From: Kofleriaceae bacterium
GTDB taxonomy: Bacteria; Myxococcota_A; Polyangia; Haliangiales; Haliangiaceae
Assembly: GCA_046597055.1 (NCBI GenBank)
Contig: JBKJLC010000017.1
Coordinates: 1-42,821, forward strand
Length of the DNA stretch: 42,821 bases
Reading direction: 5' to 3'
Shown here: positions 19,940 through 29,900 of the stretch, one piece after another
Layout of the letters: the number at the start of each line of letters is the position of its first letter
How positions within the stretch are numbered: position 1 is the stretch's first letter
The notes under the pieces: generated by a model
Told to the model about the DNA's origin: nothing
Seen by the model: the letters and a program-made list of their open reading frames with translations, nothing else
Database searches by the model: none
Translations under genes and position numbers: made by a program

Positions 19940-22900
19940 TCAGGCGCCCGCGAGAGCGGCGAGCGCGGCGAAGTCGTCGCTGACCGCGTAGTGGACCAGC
20001 TCGCGGACGATCGGCACGGACATGCCCTGGACCAGCTCGGTCGCGCCGGCTCGCAGGAGCAGCACGCGCAGCGGGGCCGCGGCGCCGCCGGCGGCGAGCA
20101 ATCCGGCCCGCATCGAGGCCAGCTCGAGATCGTGCGCGAGCTGCCGATGGTCGAACTGCGCCGGGCTGACCCCGAGCGCGAACGGGCGCAGCTCGTTCAT
20201 GAGGCCGGTCGGGATCAGGCGCTTCAGGCGCTGCTGCTGGGCGATCACCTGGTCAGCGTCGACGGCCAGGTACGGCAGATCGGGCTGGAACAGGCGCAGG
20301 AGCGCGACTACCAGCACGCCGAGCTCGTCCACCGACAGCCGGGCCGGGATCGCGAGCTGGGCGTGGGCCAGGCGCAGGGCGCCGGCCGCCCCGAAGCGGA
20401 CCGCGGCCAGCTGGTTGGGATCGGCGATCTGGCTGCCGAGCACGAGCGACAGCGGGCTGGTCGGCTCGGCGACCATCGCGAACGGCTGGCGCGTCGACAC
20501 GTACACGTCGAGCTCGCCGAGCCCCAGGCTCTCGGCGACCTCCTGGGCGGCCGCGGCCACCGCGCTGTCGCGCGCGCGAACCCGATCGCCACGGGTGACG
20601 CCATACGGACGCAGGTCGATCCCGACGTGCTTGGCGACCCGGTCGCCGAGCAGGAGGAACATCTGGCGCAGCTCCGAGGTCACGGAGGGCGGCCACAGCA
20701 GCTCGTCGGCCTCGGGCCGGATCAGCGCGGACAGATCGGCGGGCGCGACCGCCAGCGCGTCGCCCGGATCGGCCCCGAGCAGCCGCGCGACGTCGTCGGC
20801 GGCGCGGGTGACCGCGCCCTGGCCGGGGACGCCGGCGTCGTGGCGGGCCCGCGCGATGCGCGCGATCACCTTGAACGCGTTGCCGTCCTGGCCGCTGCCG
20901 ATCCGCTGCCGCATCGCGGTCGCGACCAGGCCCAGGTGGACCCGGATCGACGCGGTGTCGCCGGCGTCCTGGTAGAACTTGATCAGCGCCGACAGCGCGA
21001 GGTCGCTGTCGGGTGCGGCGTCGACCGCGAGCTGGTACGCGCGCTCGGCGCGGCGGCGATCGCCGAAGCCCTCGGTGAAGATGGTGCCGACCCGATGCAG
21101 GTGGGCGACCTTGCGCGCAGGCACGGTCTCGTTCTTGACCAGCCGCTCGCAGGCGCCGAGCGCCATCTTCCACTGGCCGGTGGCGATGCCGAGGTCGGCC
21201 ATGCGCGCGAGCGCCGCCTCGTCGTCGGGCTCGTACGACAGGACCCGCTGGAACGCCTTGAGCGCCTCGTGGGCGTCGGGGAGCCGCTCGGCGAAGATCA
21301 CGCCGAGGCGGAAGAAGATGTTGCGGAGAACCTCGGGGTCGCGCTCGAGGCGGACCCGCTGGCGCAGGGCCTCGGCGCACTCGGCCCACGCGCCCTGCTC
21401 CCATGCGATGTCGGACAGCGCGGCGATCGCGCGCTGATCGGTCGGCGACGCCTCGGCGATCGCGCGGTAGTGCCGCTTGGCCCGCTCGCGATCCTCGAGC
21501 ATGTTGCGGGCGAGCTCGGCGATCGCGCGGTGGAGCGCGATCTGCTCGGCGGCGTCGGCCTCGACCTCGAGCCGCTGCTCGAGCAAGGTCGCGAGCGCGT
21601 CGTGCTCGCCCTGCTCGTCGAGCAGCAGGCGCAGGCGGATGAAGGCGTCGACGTGACGCGGGTCGGCCGCGAGCGCCGCGCGCAGGCAGTCGGCAGCGCG
21701 CTCGCCGGCGAGCGCCTTGTCCATCAGGGCGACGCCGGCCAGGTGGTACAGCCGCGCGCGCTGCGGCGCGTCGTGGGCGACCCCGACGTCGGCCTCGCGG
21801 CGGGCGGCGTCGGCGAAGTCGATCCACAGCTGGCCGCGCAGCGCGGCGTCACGCCAGCCCTCGAGCGCGGCGAAGTAGCCCCCGCGCAAGGCGTCGGCGG
21901 CCTTGAAGTGTGCGATCGCCTCGTCGAGCCGGCCCAGATCGGTCAGGGTCTCGCCGCCGCGGGTGAGGAACGCGCTGCGGGTGCGCGGGTCGGTGAAGTA
22001 GCCGGCGATCGCGTCCTCGAGCACGACCAGCTCGGCCGAGCTACCGGCGCGGCGGACCAGCGACTCGAGGTGGAACAGCGCGCGGCGGGACCGCGGGGCG
22101 CGGTCGACCACCGCCTGGTAGGCGGCGCGCAGCTCATCGTCGCTGGCCTCGAGCTGCTCGAGCAGGCCGGCCCGGTCGAGCGCGAGCGCGACCGCGTCGT
22201 CGCCGCCGCCGTGGGGGTCGCCGGTGCCCGGCTCGGGCGCCGGCAGCGCGGCGATCTGGCGCTCGCGCAGCTGGGCCAGGTCGGCCCAGCGGCCGTCGGC
22301 CGCGTAGGCACGCTCGAGCACGCGCAGCACCGCATGGCGCTCGGGCGCGGCGGTCGCCGCCGACTCGAACGCGATCAGCGCCGAGGTCGGGTCGTCGCGG
22401 AGGTCGCGGTCGATGCGGCCGAGCGCCTCGTAGGCGTCGGCCAGGGCCTGGTTGTCGCCGGTGTCCTCGGCGTTGCGCAGGTCGGCGAGCGCGAGCGACG
22501 CGATCGGCCCCGGCTCGCGCACCGCGCTGGCGACCCGGGCCAGCGGCTCGGCCGCGAGCGGATCTTGCGGGCGGATCTCGAGCGCCTTGCCGTACAGCGC
22601 GAGCGCGCTGACCGAGTCGTGCTGGGCGGCGGCCTGATCGCCATCGCGCACCAGGCGCGCGAACGCGTCGGCGCCGGTGCCGACCGCGGAGCGTCCGGCG
22701 CGCGAGGACGGCGGGCCGGCGTCGCCCTGGCGCCGGCGGGCCGCGCCGAGCAGGTCGGCGACGAAGCCGAGCTCGGGGTGATCGTCGGCGAGCTGCGCCA
22801 GCAGCGACACCGCCTGGGCCGGGTTGTCGACCTTGTCGAGATACAGGCCAGCGGCGCGATAGCGGGCGAGCGCGGCCTGCAGCGGGACCCGGGGCCCGAC

Positions 22901-25900
22901 CGCGGTCGCGTATTCCTCGAGCGCGAGCGCGGCGTCGCCCCAGCGACCCGCGCGGGCGGCCAGCGTGAGCTGGGTGGCCAGGCGGCGCGGGTCCTCGCCG
23001 GGGAGCTCGCGCAGGATCTCGTCGGCGCGGGCCCAGTCGGGGGCCTCGCCGCCGACCGCGGCGCGCGCCCGCAGGACCACCAGGCTGCCGGCGGCGGCCG
23101 GCGGCTGCGACGGCTGCGCGCGGGCCAGGCTCTCGGTCACCAGCTGGGGATCGCCGAGGGCGGCGCCCAGCGCGGTGGACAGGGTGATCGCACGGGCGTG
23201 GGCACGCTCGAGGTCACCCTCGACGTCGACCACGCGGGCCCACCCGAGCAGCGCCGCCGAGATCGTGTCGGGCTGCTCGGGATCCGCGGCGCGATCGAGC
23301 GCCGCCGCCGCCTTGGCCGCCCACAGGCGCGGGTCGATCTGCGCGTCCTCGCGGACCGCGACCTGCTGATAGATGCCGGTGGCCGCCGCGGGCTGACCGA
23401 TCGCGGCGAGCACCTCGGCCCACGCGTCGGCGGCGGCCGGGCTGGCGATCGCGGCCGGATCGCCGGCCAGCGCGACCGCCTCGTCGGCGAGCCCGCCGGC
23501 GACGAACAGGGCCGCGGCGCGCACGCGGTCGTGCTCGCCGGCGGCGCCCTCGATCGCGCGGGTGGCGAGCAGGCGGGCGGCGGCGCCGGCGTCGCCGGCG
23601 ACCAGCCAGCGGTCGGTCAGCGCGGCCGCCGCATGATCGTCGGTCGGCTCGGCGGCGAGCGCGGCCGCGTACAGCGCGAGCGACGGGTCGGCGGCCCCGC
23701 CGCGGTCGGGGCTGGTCGGCGCCATCCGCGCCGCGGCCCACAGCGCGACCCGGCGCCGCAGGACCGGGTCGGCCCCGTGCTCGGCGATCGCGAGCGCCGC
23801 CGGCGACGGATCGCCGTGGGTGATCGCGTCCTCGGCGACCGCGGCCTGGACCAGCGGATCGGCCGACGCGACGCTGGCGGCGGCGACGATCGCCGACCGC
23901 GAGGGATGGTCGGCCGGCGCCTGCGCGGGCGCCGGCAGCAGCTGGGCCGAGCGCACGGCCAGCGCCGCGGACACCGCCGGGTCGGCGACGCCGCCAGCCA
24001 GCGCGCCCGCGACCATGCCCCAGTCGGCGCGCTCGGCGACCCGCAGGCCGCCGAACCACGGCGCGCGAGCGGCCGCGTCGCTGCCGACCGCCGCGTCGAA
24101 CACCTGGCGGGCCCGGACCCGATCGCCGGCGCGCTCGAAGAGATGACCGCGGGCGACCAGGGCCGCGGCGCGCAGGCTGGGATCGGCCAGCACGCCGGCC
24201 AGCTTGTCGAGCGACTCGCCGAGCTCGTCGGCGCGACCGTCGAGGAACGCGAGTTCGAGCTGGGCCAGCTGGGCGCGGACGTCGCCGCCGGCCTGGTCGA
24301 GCAGCTCGCCGACCGCGACCCGGGCGAGATCCTGCTCGCCGGCCGCCATCAGGAGATCGACCCGGTGCAGCGCGAGCGCGCGCCGCTCGAGCGGGCCGGC
24401 GATGTCGAGCTCGGCGTCGAGGTAGCGGGTGGCATCGGACAGGTCGCCGACGCCACGGGCGATACGGCGCAGGCCGCGCAGCGCCGCCGACGCGCGCGGA
24501 TCGGCGAGCAGCGCGGACTCGTAGCTGGCGCGCGCACGATCGGCGTCCCCCAGCCGCTCGTACAGCCGGCCGGCCTCGATCCGCAGAGTGACCACCTGGG
24601 CCGGCTCGTCGATCAGCTCGAGCTCGCGCTCGAGCGCGAGGATCGCGCGCGCCGCGTCCTCGAGCGGATCGCTGGCGCCGGTGCCGGGCGTGCCGAGCGG
24701 ATCGACCTGCTCGGGCAGCTGCAGCGCTTCGAGATCGAGCGCGGGCAGCTCGTCGCCGAAGACCGGCGGGGGCAGCTCGGGCGCCGGGTCGACCACCGGC
24801 GGCGCTGGCGCCGGCTCGGGCGCGGCGGCCTCGCCGACCGGCGGCGCGACCGCGGTCGGCGCGGTCGGCGTGACGGCCGGGGTCGCACCGGCGATCGGCG
24901 GCCGCGTGGGCGCGCGGCCCCGCGCCAGGGGCGGCGGTGGCAGCCCGATCTGGGTGCGTCCGCTGGCGGTCTCGCCAAACGCGCCATCCGCCGATGCGCT
25001 GACCGGATCAGGAACTGCCTGGGGCGCGTCGAGCGCGGGCGCGTCGAGCGCGGGCGTCGAGGCCCGCGCGCCGGGCGGGGGGCCCGGCGGCGCGGTGCGG
25101 GGCCGCAGGCGCGTGCGGGTCAGGGTGGCCGGGTCGCGGGCCACCGACTCGGCGAGCACGATGGACGACTCGTCGAGCACGAGCTCCAACCCGACATCGT
25201 CGGGGGCCGCATCGTCGGGCGCCACGGTCATCGTGGGCGGGGCCGGCGGCGCGGGAGGGGCGGTCTCGGCCCGGGGCGGCGTGGCCGCGGTCGGCGCCGG
25301 ATCCGGGCGTCGCAACGGGCCAGTCGGGGGCGCGGCCGCGGTCGCCTCGAGATCCCCGAAGATGTCATCGTCGTCGTCGTCGTCGAACGCGTTGGCCGGC
25401 GCCGGCACGCGTGCCGGCGGCGGCGCGACCGCGGCGATCGAGATCCGGGCGACGTTGGCCATGCTCGGCGACACCGTCACCGCGGCGGGCACCGCGCTCG
25501 CCTGCCGATCGGGCGGCTCGTCGAAGCCCGACATCGAGTCCTCGAGATCGCCGGACACCGTGGGCGATGCCGACGACGACGGATCGGCCTCGTCGGCGTC
25601 GAGCTCGATCTCGTTCTCGCCCGGGCGCAGCTCGGAGGCCGGGCGCCGGACGACGTGCCGGGTGAGCTGCTTGCCGGCGACCGACGGGGTCGAGCCAGTG
25701 ACGTCGTCTTCGTCGCCGCCGATCTCGATGTCGTCGTAGGGATCGTCCTCGACCAGCGGCGGGGGCGCCGCGGCCGGGAACGGGAACGACCCGCGCAGGC
25801 CATCCTGGCGACCGGCGAGCCGTTCGATCTCGCGCACGTCGGCGACCCGGGTCGACTCGGCGCCGAAGTCGCCCTCGCTCTCGCGCTTGCCGCGGCCGGT

Positions 25901-26989
25901 CGGCGCCGCGCGCACGCGCCCGCCGTCGGACCCGCGCGCCAGCTTCTCGATCTCGCGGATGTCGGCGACCCGGGTCGACTCGGCCCCGAACTCGCCCTCG
26001 CTCTCCCGCTTGCCCCGGGATGGGGCCAGCACCGGAGATTGCGCGCCGCGCCGGACGATCGACGGCCCGCGCACGGCCGGCTTCTCGGCCGCGCGCACCG
26101 ACGCCAGCAGCCCGTCGTCCGGCGATAGCACCCGCGTGCGATTGACCTTGTCGAAGGTGTCGTCGGACGGATCCTGCCCGTCGAACGAGTCGGGACCGGT
26201 CTCGGGCTTCGGGCGGCCGCGGCCGCGGTCCATCGACCGATCCGCTTGGAGCAGCTCGGCCGGGACCTGGGCGACCCGGGTGGCGTCGCTCTGCGACGGC
26301 CCGAACCCGTCGTCACCAAAGCCGCCGAACGGATCGTCGCTGTCGTCGACTTCCGGCTCGGGCCCGGGCATGTGGGTCGCGCCGGGACGGACCGCCGAGG
26401 TGAACACCTCGTCGTCGTCGAAGCCGACCGGCTCGATCATCGGGTTGTCCGAGACCTCCTGCAGCGACGGCAGTGGCGCCGGCTGGCCGAGCAGCGAGCC
26501 GAGCGCCTCCGGCGGGCCGTCGAAGCCCAGATCGGAGAAGTCGGTCTCGGCGTCGGCGAGCGGCTGACCCGGTAGCTTGCGAGCGGGGGCCGGCTTGGCC
26601 GGAGGTGGCGCCGGTGCGCGACCAAAGACGGTCCTGGGGGCCTCCTTGGCCGGGATCACTTTGGGCGGGCGCGGCACCGGGGTCACGAACCGCGGCGGCG
26701 ACGCCGGTGGCGGGCTGGCCTTGGCGGTCGGCCGCCCCGACAACATCGCCTGGGGCACCGGGCCCGACAGCGGGATCGCCCCGGTGACGTCTTCATCGGG
26801 ATCGACCCCGGATGCCTCGAGCGCGGCCAGACTCGCCTTCAGTCCCTCGTCCTCGTGCAGGGCGTCGAACGTGCGGTCCCACGCCTCGAGCTCGTTGCGG
26901 AGATCGTCTCCGGGCAGGAGGCCGGGACCATCCACACCACTGTCGTCCGGGCTGTCTCCGCCCGGCTTGGTGCCACCAGGGGACGTCAT
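19940..26989 (-). CDS. Giant TPR-repeat protein (2349 aa) with a long acidic/Pro-rich disordered N-terminus
   Basis: Many TPR-like helical pairs (ARASYESALLADP, AFQRVLSYEPDDEAAL); C-terminal RAGLLAAG…ELVHYAVS motif typical of myxobacterial giant TPR proteins. Confidence 0.88.
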   Translation of the reverse strand: MTSPGGTKPGGDSPDDSGVDGPGLLPGDDLRNELEAWDRTFDALHEDEGLKASLAALEASGVDPDEDVTGAIPLSGPVPQAMLSGRPTAKASPPPASPPRFVTPVPRPPKVIPAKEAPRTVFGRAPAPPPAKPAPARKLPGQPLADAETDFSDLGFDGPPEALGSLLGQPAPLPSLQEVSDNPMIEPVGFDDDEVFTSAVRPGATHMPGPEPEVDDSDDPFGGFGDDGFGPSQSDATRVAQVPAELLQADRSMDRGRGRPKPETGPDSFDGQDPSDDTFDKVNRTRVLSPDDGLLASVRAAEKPAVRGPSIVRRGAQSPVLAPSRGKRESEGEFGAESTRVADIREIEKLARGSDGGRVRAAPTGRGKRESEGDFGAESTRVADVREIERLAGRQDGLRGSFPFPAAAPPPLVEDDPYDDIEIGGDEDDVTGSTPSVAGKQLTRHVVRRPASELRPGENEIELDADEADPSSSASPTVSGDLEDSMSGFDEPPDRQASAVPAAVTVSPSMANVARISIAAVAPPPARVPAPANAFDDDDDDDIFGDLEATAAAPPTGPLRRPDPAPTAATPPRAETAPPAPPAPPTMTVAPDDAAPDDVGLELVLDESSIVLAESVARDPATLTRTRLRPRTAPPGPPPGARASTPALDAPALDAPQAVPDPVSASADGAFGETASGRTQIGLPPPPLARGRAPTRPPIAGATPAVTPTAPTAVAPPVGEAAAPEPAPAPPVVDPAPELPPPVFGDELPALDLEALQLPEQVDPLGTPGTGASDPLEDAARAILALERELELIDEPAQVVTLRIEAGRLYERLGDADRARASYESALLADPRASAALRGLRRIARGVGDLSDATRYLDAELDIAGPLERRALALHRVDLLMAAGEQDLARVAVGELLDQAGGDVRAQLAQLELAFLDGRADELGESLDKLAGVLADPSLRAAALVARGHLFERAGDRVRARQVFDAAVGSDAAARAPWFGGLRVAERADWGMVAGALAGGVADPAVSAALAVRSAQLLPAPAQAPADHPSRSAIVAAASVASADPLVQAAVAEDAITHGDPSPAALAIAEHGADPVLRRRVALWAAARMAPTSPDRGGAADPSLALYAAALAAEPTDDHAAAALTDRWLVAGDAGAAARLLATRAIEGAAGEHDRVRAAALFVAGGLADEAVALAGDPAAIASPAAADAWAEVLAAIGQPAAATGIYQQVAVREDAQIDPRLWAAKAAAALDRAADPEQPDTISAALLGWARVVDVEGDLERAHARAITLSTALGAALGDPQLVTESLARAQPSQPPAAAGSLVVLRARAAVGGEAPDWARADEILRELPGEDPRRLATQLTLAARAGRWGDAALALEEYATAVGPRVPLQAALARYRAAGLYLDKVDNPAQAVSLLAQLADDHPELGFVADLLGAARRRQGDAGPPSSRAGRSAVGTGADAFARLVRDGDQAAAQHDSVSALALYGKALEIRPQDPLAAEPLARVASAVREPGPIASLALADLRNAEDTGDNQALADAYEALGRIDRDLRDDPTSALIAFESAATAAPERHAVLRVLERAYAADGRWADLAQLRERQIAALPAPEPGTGDPHGGGDDAVALALDRAGLLEQLEASDDELRAAYQAVVDRAPRSRRALFHLESLVRRAGSSAELVVLEDAIAGYFTDPRTRSAFLTRGGETLTDLGRLDEAIAHFKAADALRGGYFAALEGWRDAALRGQLWIDFADAARREADVGVAHDAPQRARLYHLAGVALMDKALAGERAADCLRAALAADPRHVDAFIRLRLLLDEQGEHDALATLLEQRLEVEADAAEQIALHRAIAELARNMLEDRERAKRHYRAIAEASPTDQRAIAALSDIAWEQGAWAECAEALRQRVRLERDPEVLRNIFFRLGVIFAERLPDAHEALKAFQRVLSYEPDDEAALARMADLGIATGQWKMALGACERLVKNETVPARKVAHLHRVGTIFTEGFGDRRRAERAYQLAVDAAPDSDLALSALIKFYQDAGDTASIRVHLGLVATAMRQRIGSGQDGNAFKVIARIARARHDAGVPGQGAVTRAADDVARLLGADPGDALAVAPADLSALIRPEADELLWPPSVTSELRQMFLLLGDRVAKHVGIDLRPYGVTRGDRVRARDSAVAAAAQEVAESLGLGELDVYVSTRQPFAMVAEPTSPLSLVLGSQIADPNQLAAVRFGAAGALRLAHAQLAIPARLSVDELGVLVVALLRLFQPDLPYLAVDADQVIAQQQRLKRLIPTGLMNELRPFALGVSPAQFDHRQLAHDLELASMRAGLLAAGGAAAPLRVLLLRAGATELVQGMSVPIVRELVHYAVSDDFAALAALAGA
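25022..25051. repeat. Perfect 15-bp tandem duplication (ALDAP x2) inside the TPR gene
   Basis: GGGCGCGTCGAGCGC twice. Confidence 0.85.
25814..26018. repeat. Intragenic direct repeat, two copies of about 82 bp, 123-bp period
   Basis: Encodes RGKRESEG(E/D)FGAESTRVAD(I/V)REIE(K/R)LA twice; identical 24-nt core GTCGGCGACCCGGGTCGACTCGGC. Confidence 0.9.
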
Positions 26990-29900
26990 TTAGCGACTCC
27001 GAGCGCGAGCTGGCGTTGCCGGCGCAGCTCGAGATGTTCGGCCGAGACCGACCACGCGGTCAGGTCGAGGGCCCCGGGATCGGTGGCGACGTCGCGACCG
27101 CCGCGGCCGACGTCCATCGCGCCCAGGACGACGCCGAGGTCGCCCGCGAACAGCAGGCCGGCGCGCTGGCTCGCGGCGGCCACCGCCCGCCGCCAGCCGG
27201 CGACGTCGCGGATCTCGAGCAGCCGTGCGCCGAGGGCCTGGATCGCCTTCTTGTCGCGGCGGGCCAGGTGCTTGGCGACCAGCCGGGTACGCTCGGCCAC
27301 GTTGGCATCGTCGCCGGCGACCAGCTCGGCGAGCGCCGCTGGCACCGGCAGCTCCGCGGCGCGGACCGCCGCGACCAGGTACCAGCCGATCTCGGCATCC
27401 TTGAGATCGATCAGCGTGCCGGTGCGGTCGGCCGCGAGCCAGGCGGCGCGACCGAGCTGGAACCGGGCCAGCGCGGTGGTCCCGGCGGCGACGTCGCCGC
27501 CGATGCACAGGACCGAGCTCTCGCCCGAGAGCACGCGGGCGGTGCCGGCGCGGGCCTCGCTCACGTAGAGCTCGCAGTTGTCGACGGTCAGGCTGGCCAG
27601 CGCGGCGGCCAGGCCCTCGTACTTCTTGAGGGCGCCCTGCCCCAGCGCCTTGAGCGCGACCTTGTCGCCACGGCCGAAGCCGAGCTTGGCTGGATCGACG
27701 CCGACCGCGGCGGTCACCGCTGGCGTGGCCAGCCGCCAGAGATCGCCGAGCACGCCGCCGCCCCCGGGCGCGCGCAGCGCGTTGCGCGCGCCCGCGTCGA
27801 GCAGGTGACGCGACGGCGGCGAGGCCGGCGGGGCCCGACCGGCCGCCAGCACCGCGCGCTGCTCGGCGGTGGGCGCCGACAGCGCCTCGAGCGCCGCCAG
27901 CGCGAGCCACTGCCCGTCCCGATCGCCGAGCCAGGCGAACGCCTGGGCCAGCCGGTCGTAGATGACGATCGCGCCGGCGACGTCGGGCGAGCGCCCGAGC
28001 GCGGCGCGCAGGTCCGCGATGCCGCGCGCGAGCACCTCGGCGCCGGCCGCCGGCCGCTCGGCACGGGCCAGCTCGGCCAGCTCGCGGAGCAGCTCCAGGT
28101 TGAGCGGGTCGAGCTCGCGGCCGCGCTCGAACGCCGCGCGCGCGCCGGCGCGGTCGCGCTGGCGGTCGCGCAGCAGCTGACCGAGGCGCAGCTCGTCCTT
28201 GGCGCGCTCCCCCGGGCTGGGCCGCAGGCGGGCCAGCTCGCGCAGCTCGCGCGCGACCTTGTCCCAGTTCTCGCCGCGGGTGGCCAGGCCGACCAGGCGC
28301 TCGCGCAGCCCGACGTCGTCGGGCGTCTGCGCGATGATCCGCTCGACCTGTTCGATCGCGCCGGCGACGTCGCCCATGTCCTCGGCGAGGATGCGCGCGA
28401 GCACCAGCTCGGCCTCGGCGCGGCGCGCCGCGTTGGCGCCGCCGGGGCGCTCGGCCGCCAGGTAGCGGCGCCACAGGTCGGCCGCTCGCGGCGCGTCGCC
28501 GAGCTCGAGCGCGGCCTGCGCGCGCAGCCGCAGCGCCTCGGGGTGAGCCGGCTCGCGCTTGAGCAGCTCGTCGAGATCGGTGCCGGCGCCGCGGACGTCC
28601 CGCAGCGCGCGACGGATCTGGGCGCGCTCGAGCAGCAGCGGCACCCCGTCCTCGACGGTGCCGCCACCGCCATCGACCCAGGCCAGGCGGTCACCGAGCG
28701 CGAGGATGAGGCCGCGGACATCTTGTCCGAGCTGCAGCAGGTCGCGCAGGCGCGCGAACACCGGGCTGCCTGGCTCGTCGGCGAGGATGCGGCGGTAGAT
28801 CGCGACCGCGGCCGCGGCGCTGGCGGCGTCCCCGGGGCCACCGGCCGCGCCGGCGGCGCCGGGATCGAGCACCGCGGCGGCCTCGATGTAGAGCTCGCGC
28901 TTGGCGTCGAGGTCGGCGGTGCGCTGGGCCAGCGCGATCGCGGCTTGCGCCATCGTCGCGCGGTCGCCACCGCGGCGCGCCACCCGGCGCAGCGCCGCGA
29001 GCGCGCGGAGGTCGCCGGCGTTGCCGCGCAGCACGCCCGCGATCACCGCGCCGGCCTCCTTGAGCCGACCGGCCGCCTCGAGGGACTCGGCACGATCGAG
29101 CTCCCAGCCATCGCGCGCGGCCGGGTCGTCGGCGAGCGCGGCGCGCATCGCCAGCACCTCGGCGCGACCGAGCAGGCGGTCGACCGCGCTCGACGAGTCC
29201 TCGCCAGCGGCCAGCGGGCTCGCGCCGACCGACTGCTCGGCGGCGACCAGCAGCGCCCCGACGTCGTCGGGTGCCACCGCGCGGGCGGCGCCGACCCGGA
29301 CCAGCGCGGCGTCGTGCTCACCGGCGGCGGTGGCCATCGCGGCCGAGCGCAGATGCAGGGCCGCGGCCGCCTCGGGCATCGAGGTCGCGGCCGCGAGCTG
29401 CGCGTAGGCGTGGGCCAGGCCGGCCGGGTCCTGGCGGCGGGCGGCGACCAGCGCGGCGCCGAGCAGCGCGCCCGGGCTGGCCGGGGCGGCCGCGATCGCG
29501 GCGGTGAACGCGGCCGCGGCCTGGTCGAAGTCCTCGAGGACCAGCGCGTACAGCCAGCCCAGATCCTCGTGCAGCGCCGCGGCCAGACCGGGGTCACTGG
29601 TGCGCTCGGCGAGGGCCCGGGTCGCGCCGGCGCGCCCCGCGCTGTCGCCGCGGCGGACCGCGAGATCAATCGACGCCAGCGCGGCCAGCGCGCCCGACAC
29701 CGCGCCGGGCTCTGCGACCTCGAGCGCCCGTCGGTAGGCGTCGACCGCCTCGTCGCTGACGCTGCCGTCACCCGCCGCGGCCGCGCGCTCGTGAGCGTCG
29801 GCCAGCGCGATCACGGCGGGCGCGGCCAGCGCGCCGGTCGCGTCGTCGGCGATCGTCTCGAGCGCACGCAGCCCGCTGGCGAGGTCGCCGGCGGCCGCCG

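Noticed and set aside
25814..26018. Direct repeats as a possible CRISPR or DGR template/variable repeat
   Set aside because: Only two in-frame copies within a CDS, with mostly synonymous differences that are not adenine-specific. No cas or reverse transcriptase gene in the window.
19991..26128. 2045-aa plus-strand ORF
   Set aside because: Antisense shadow of the 2349-aa TPR gene.
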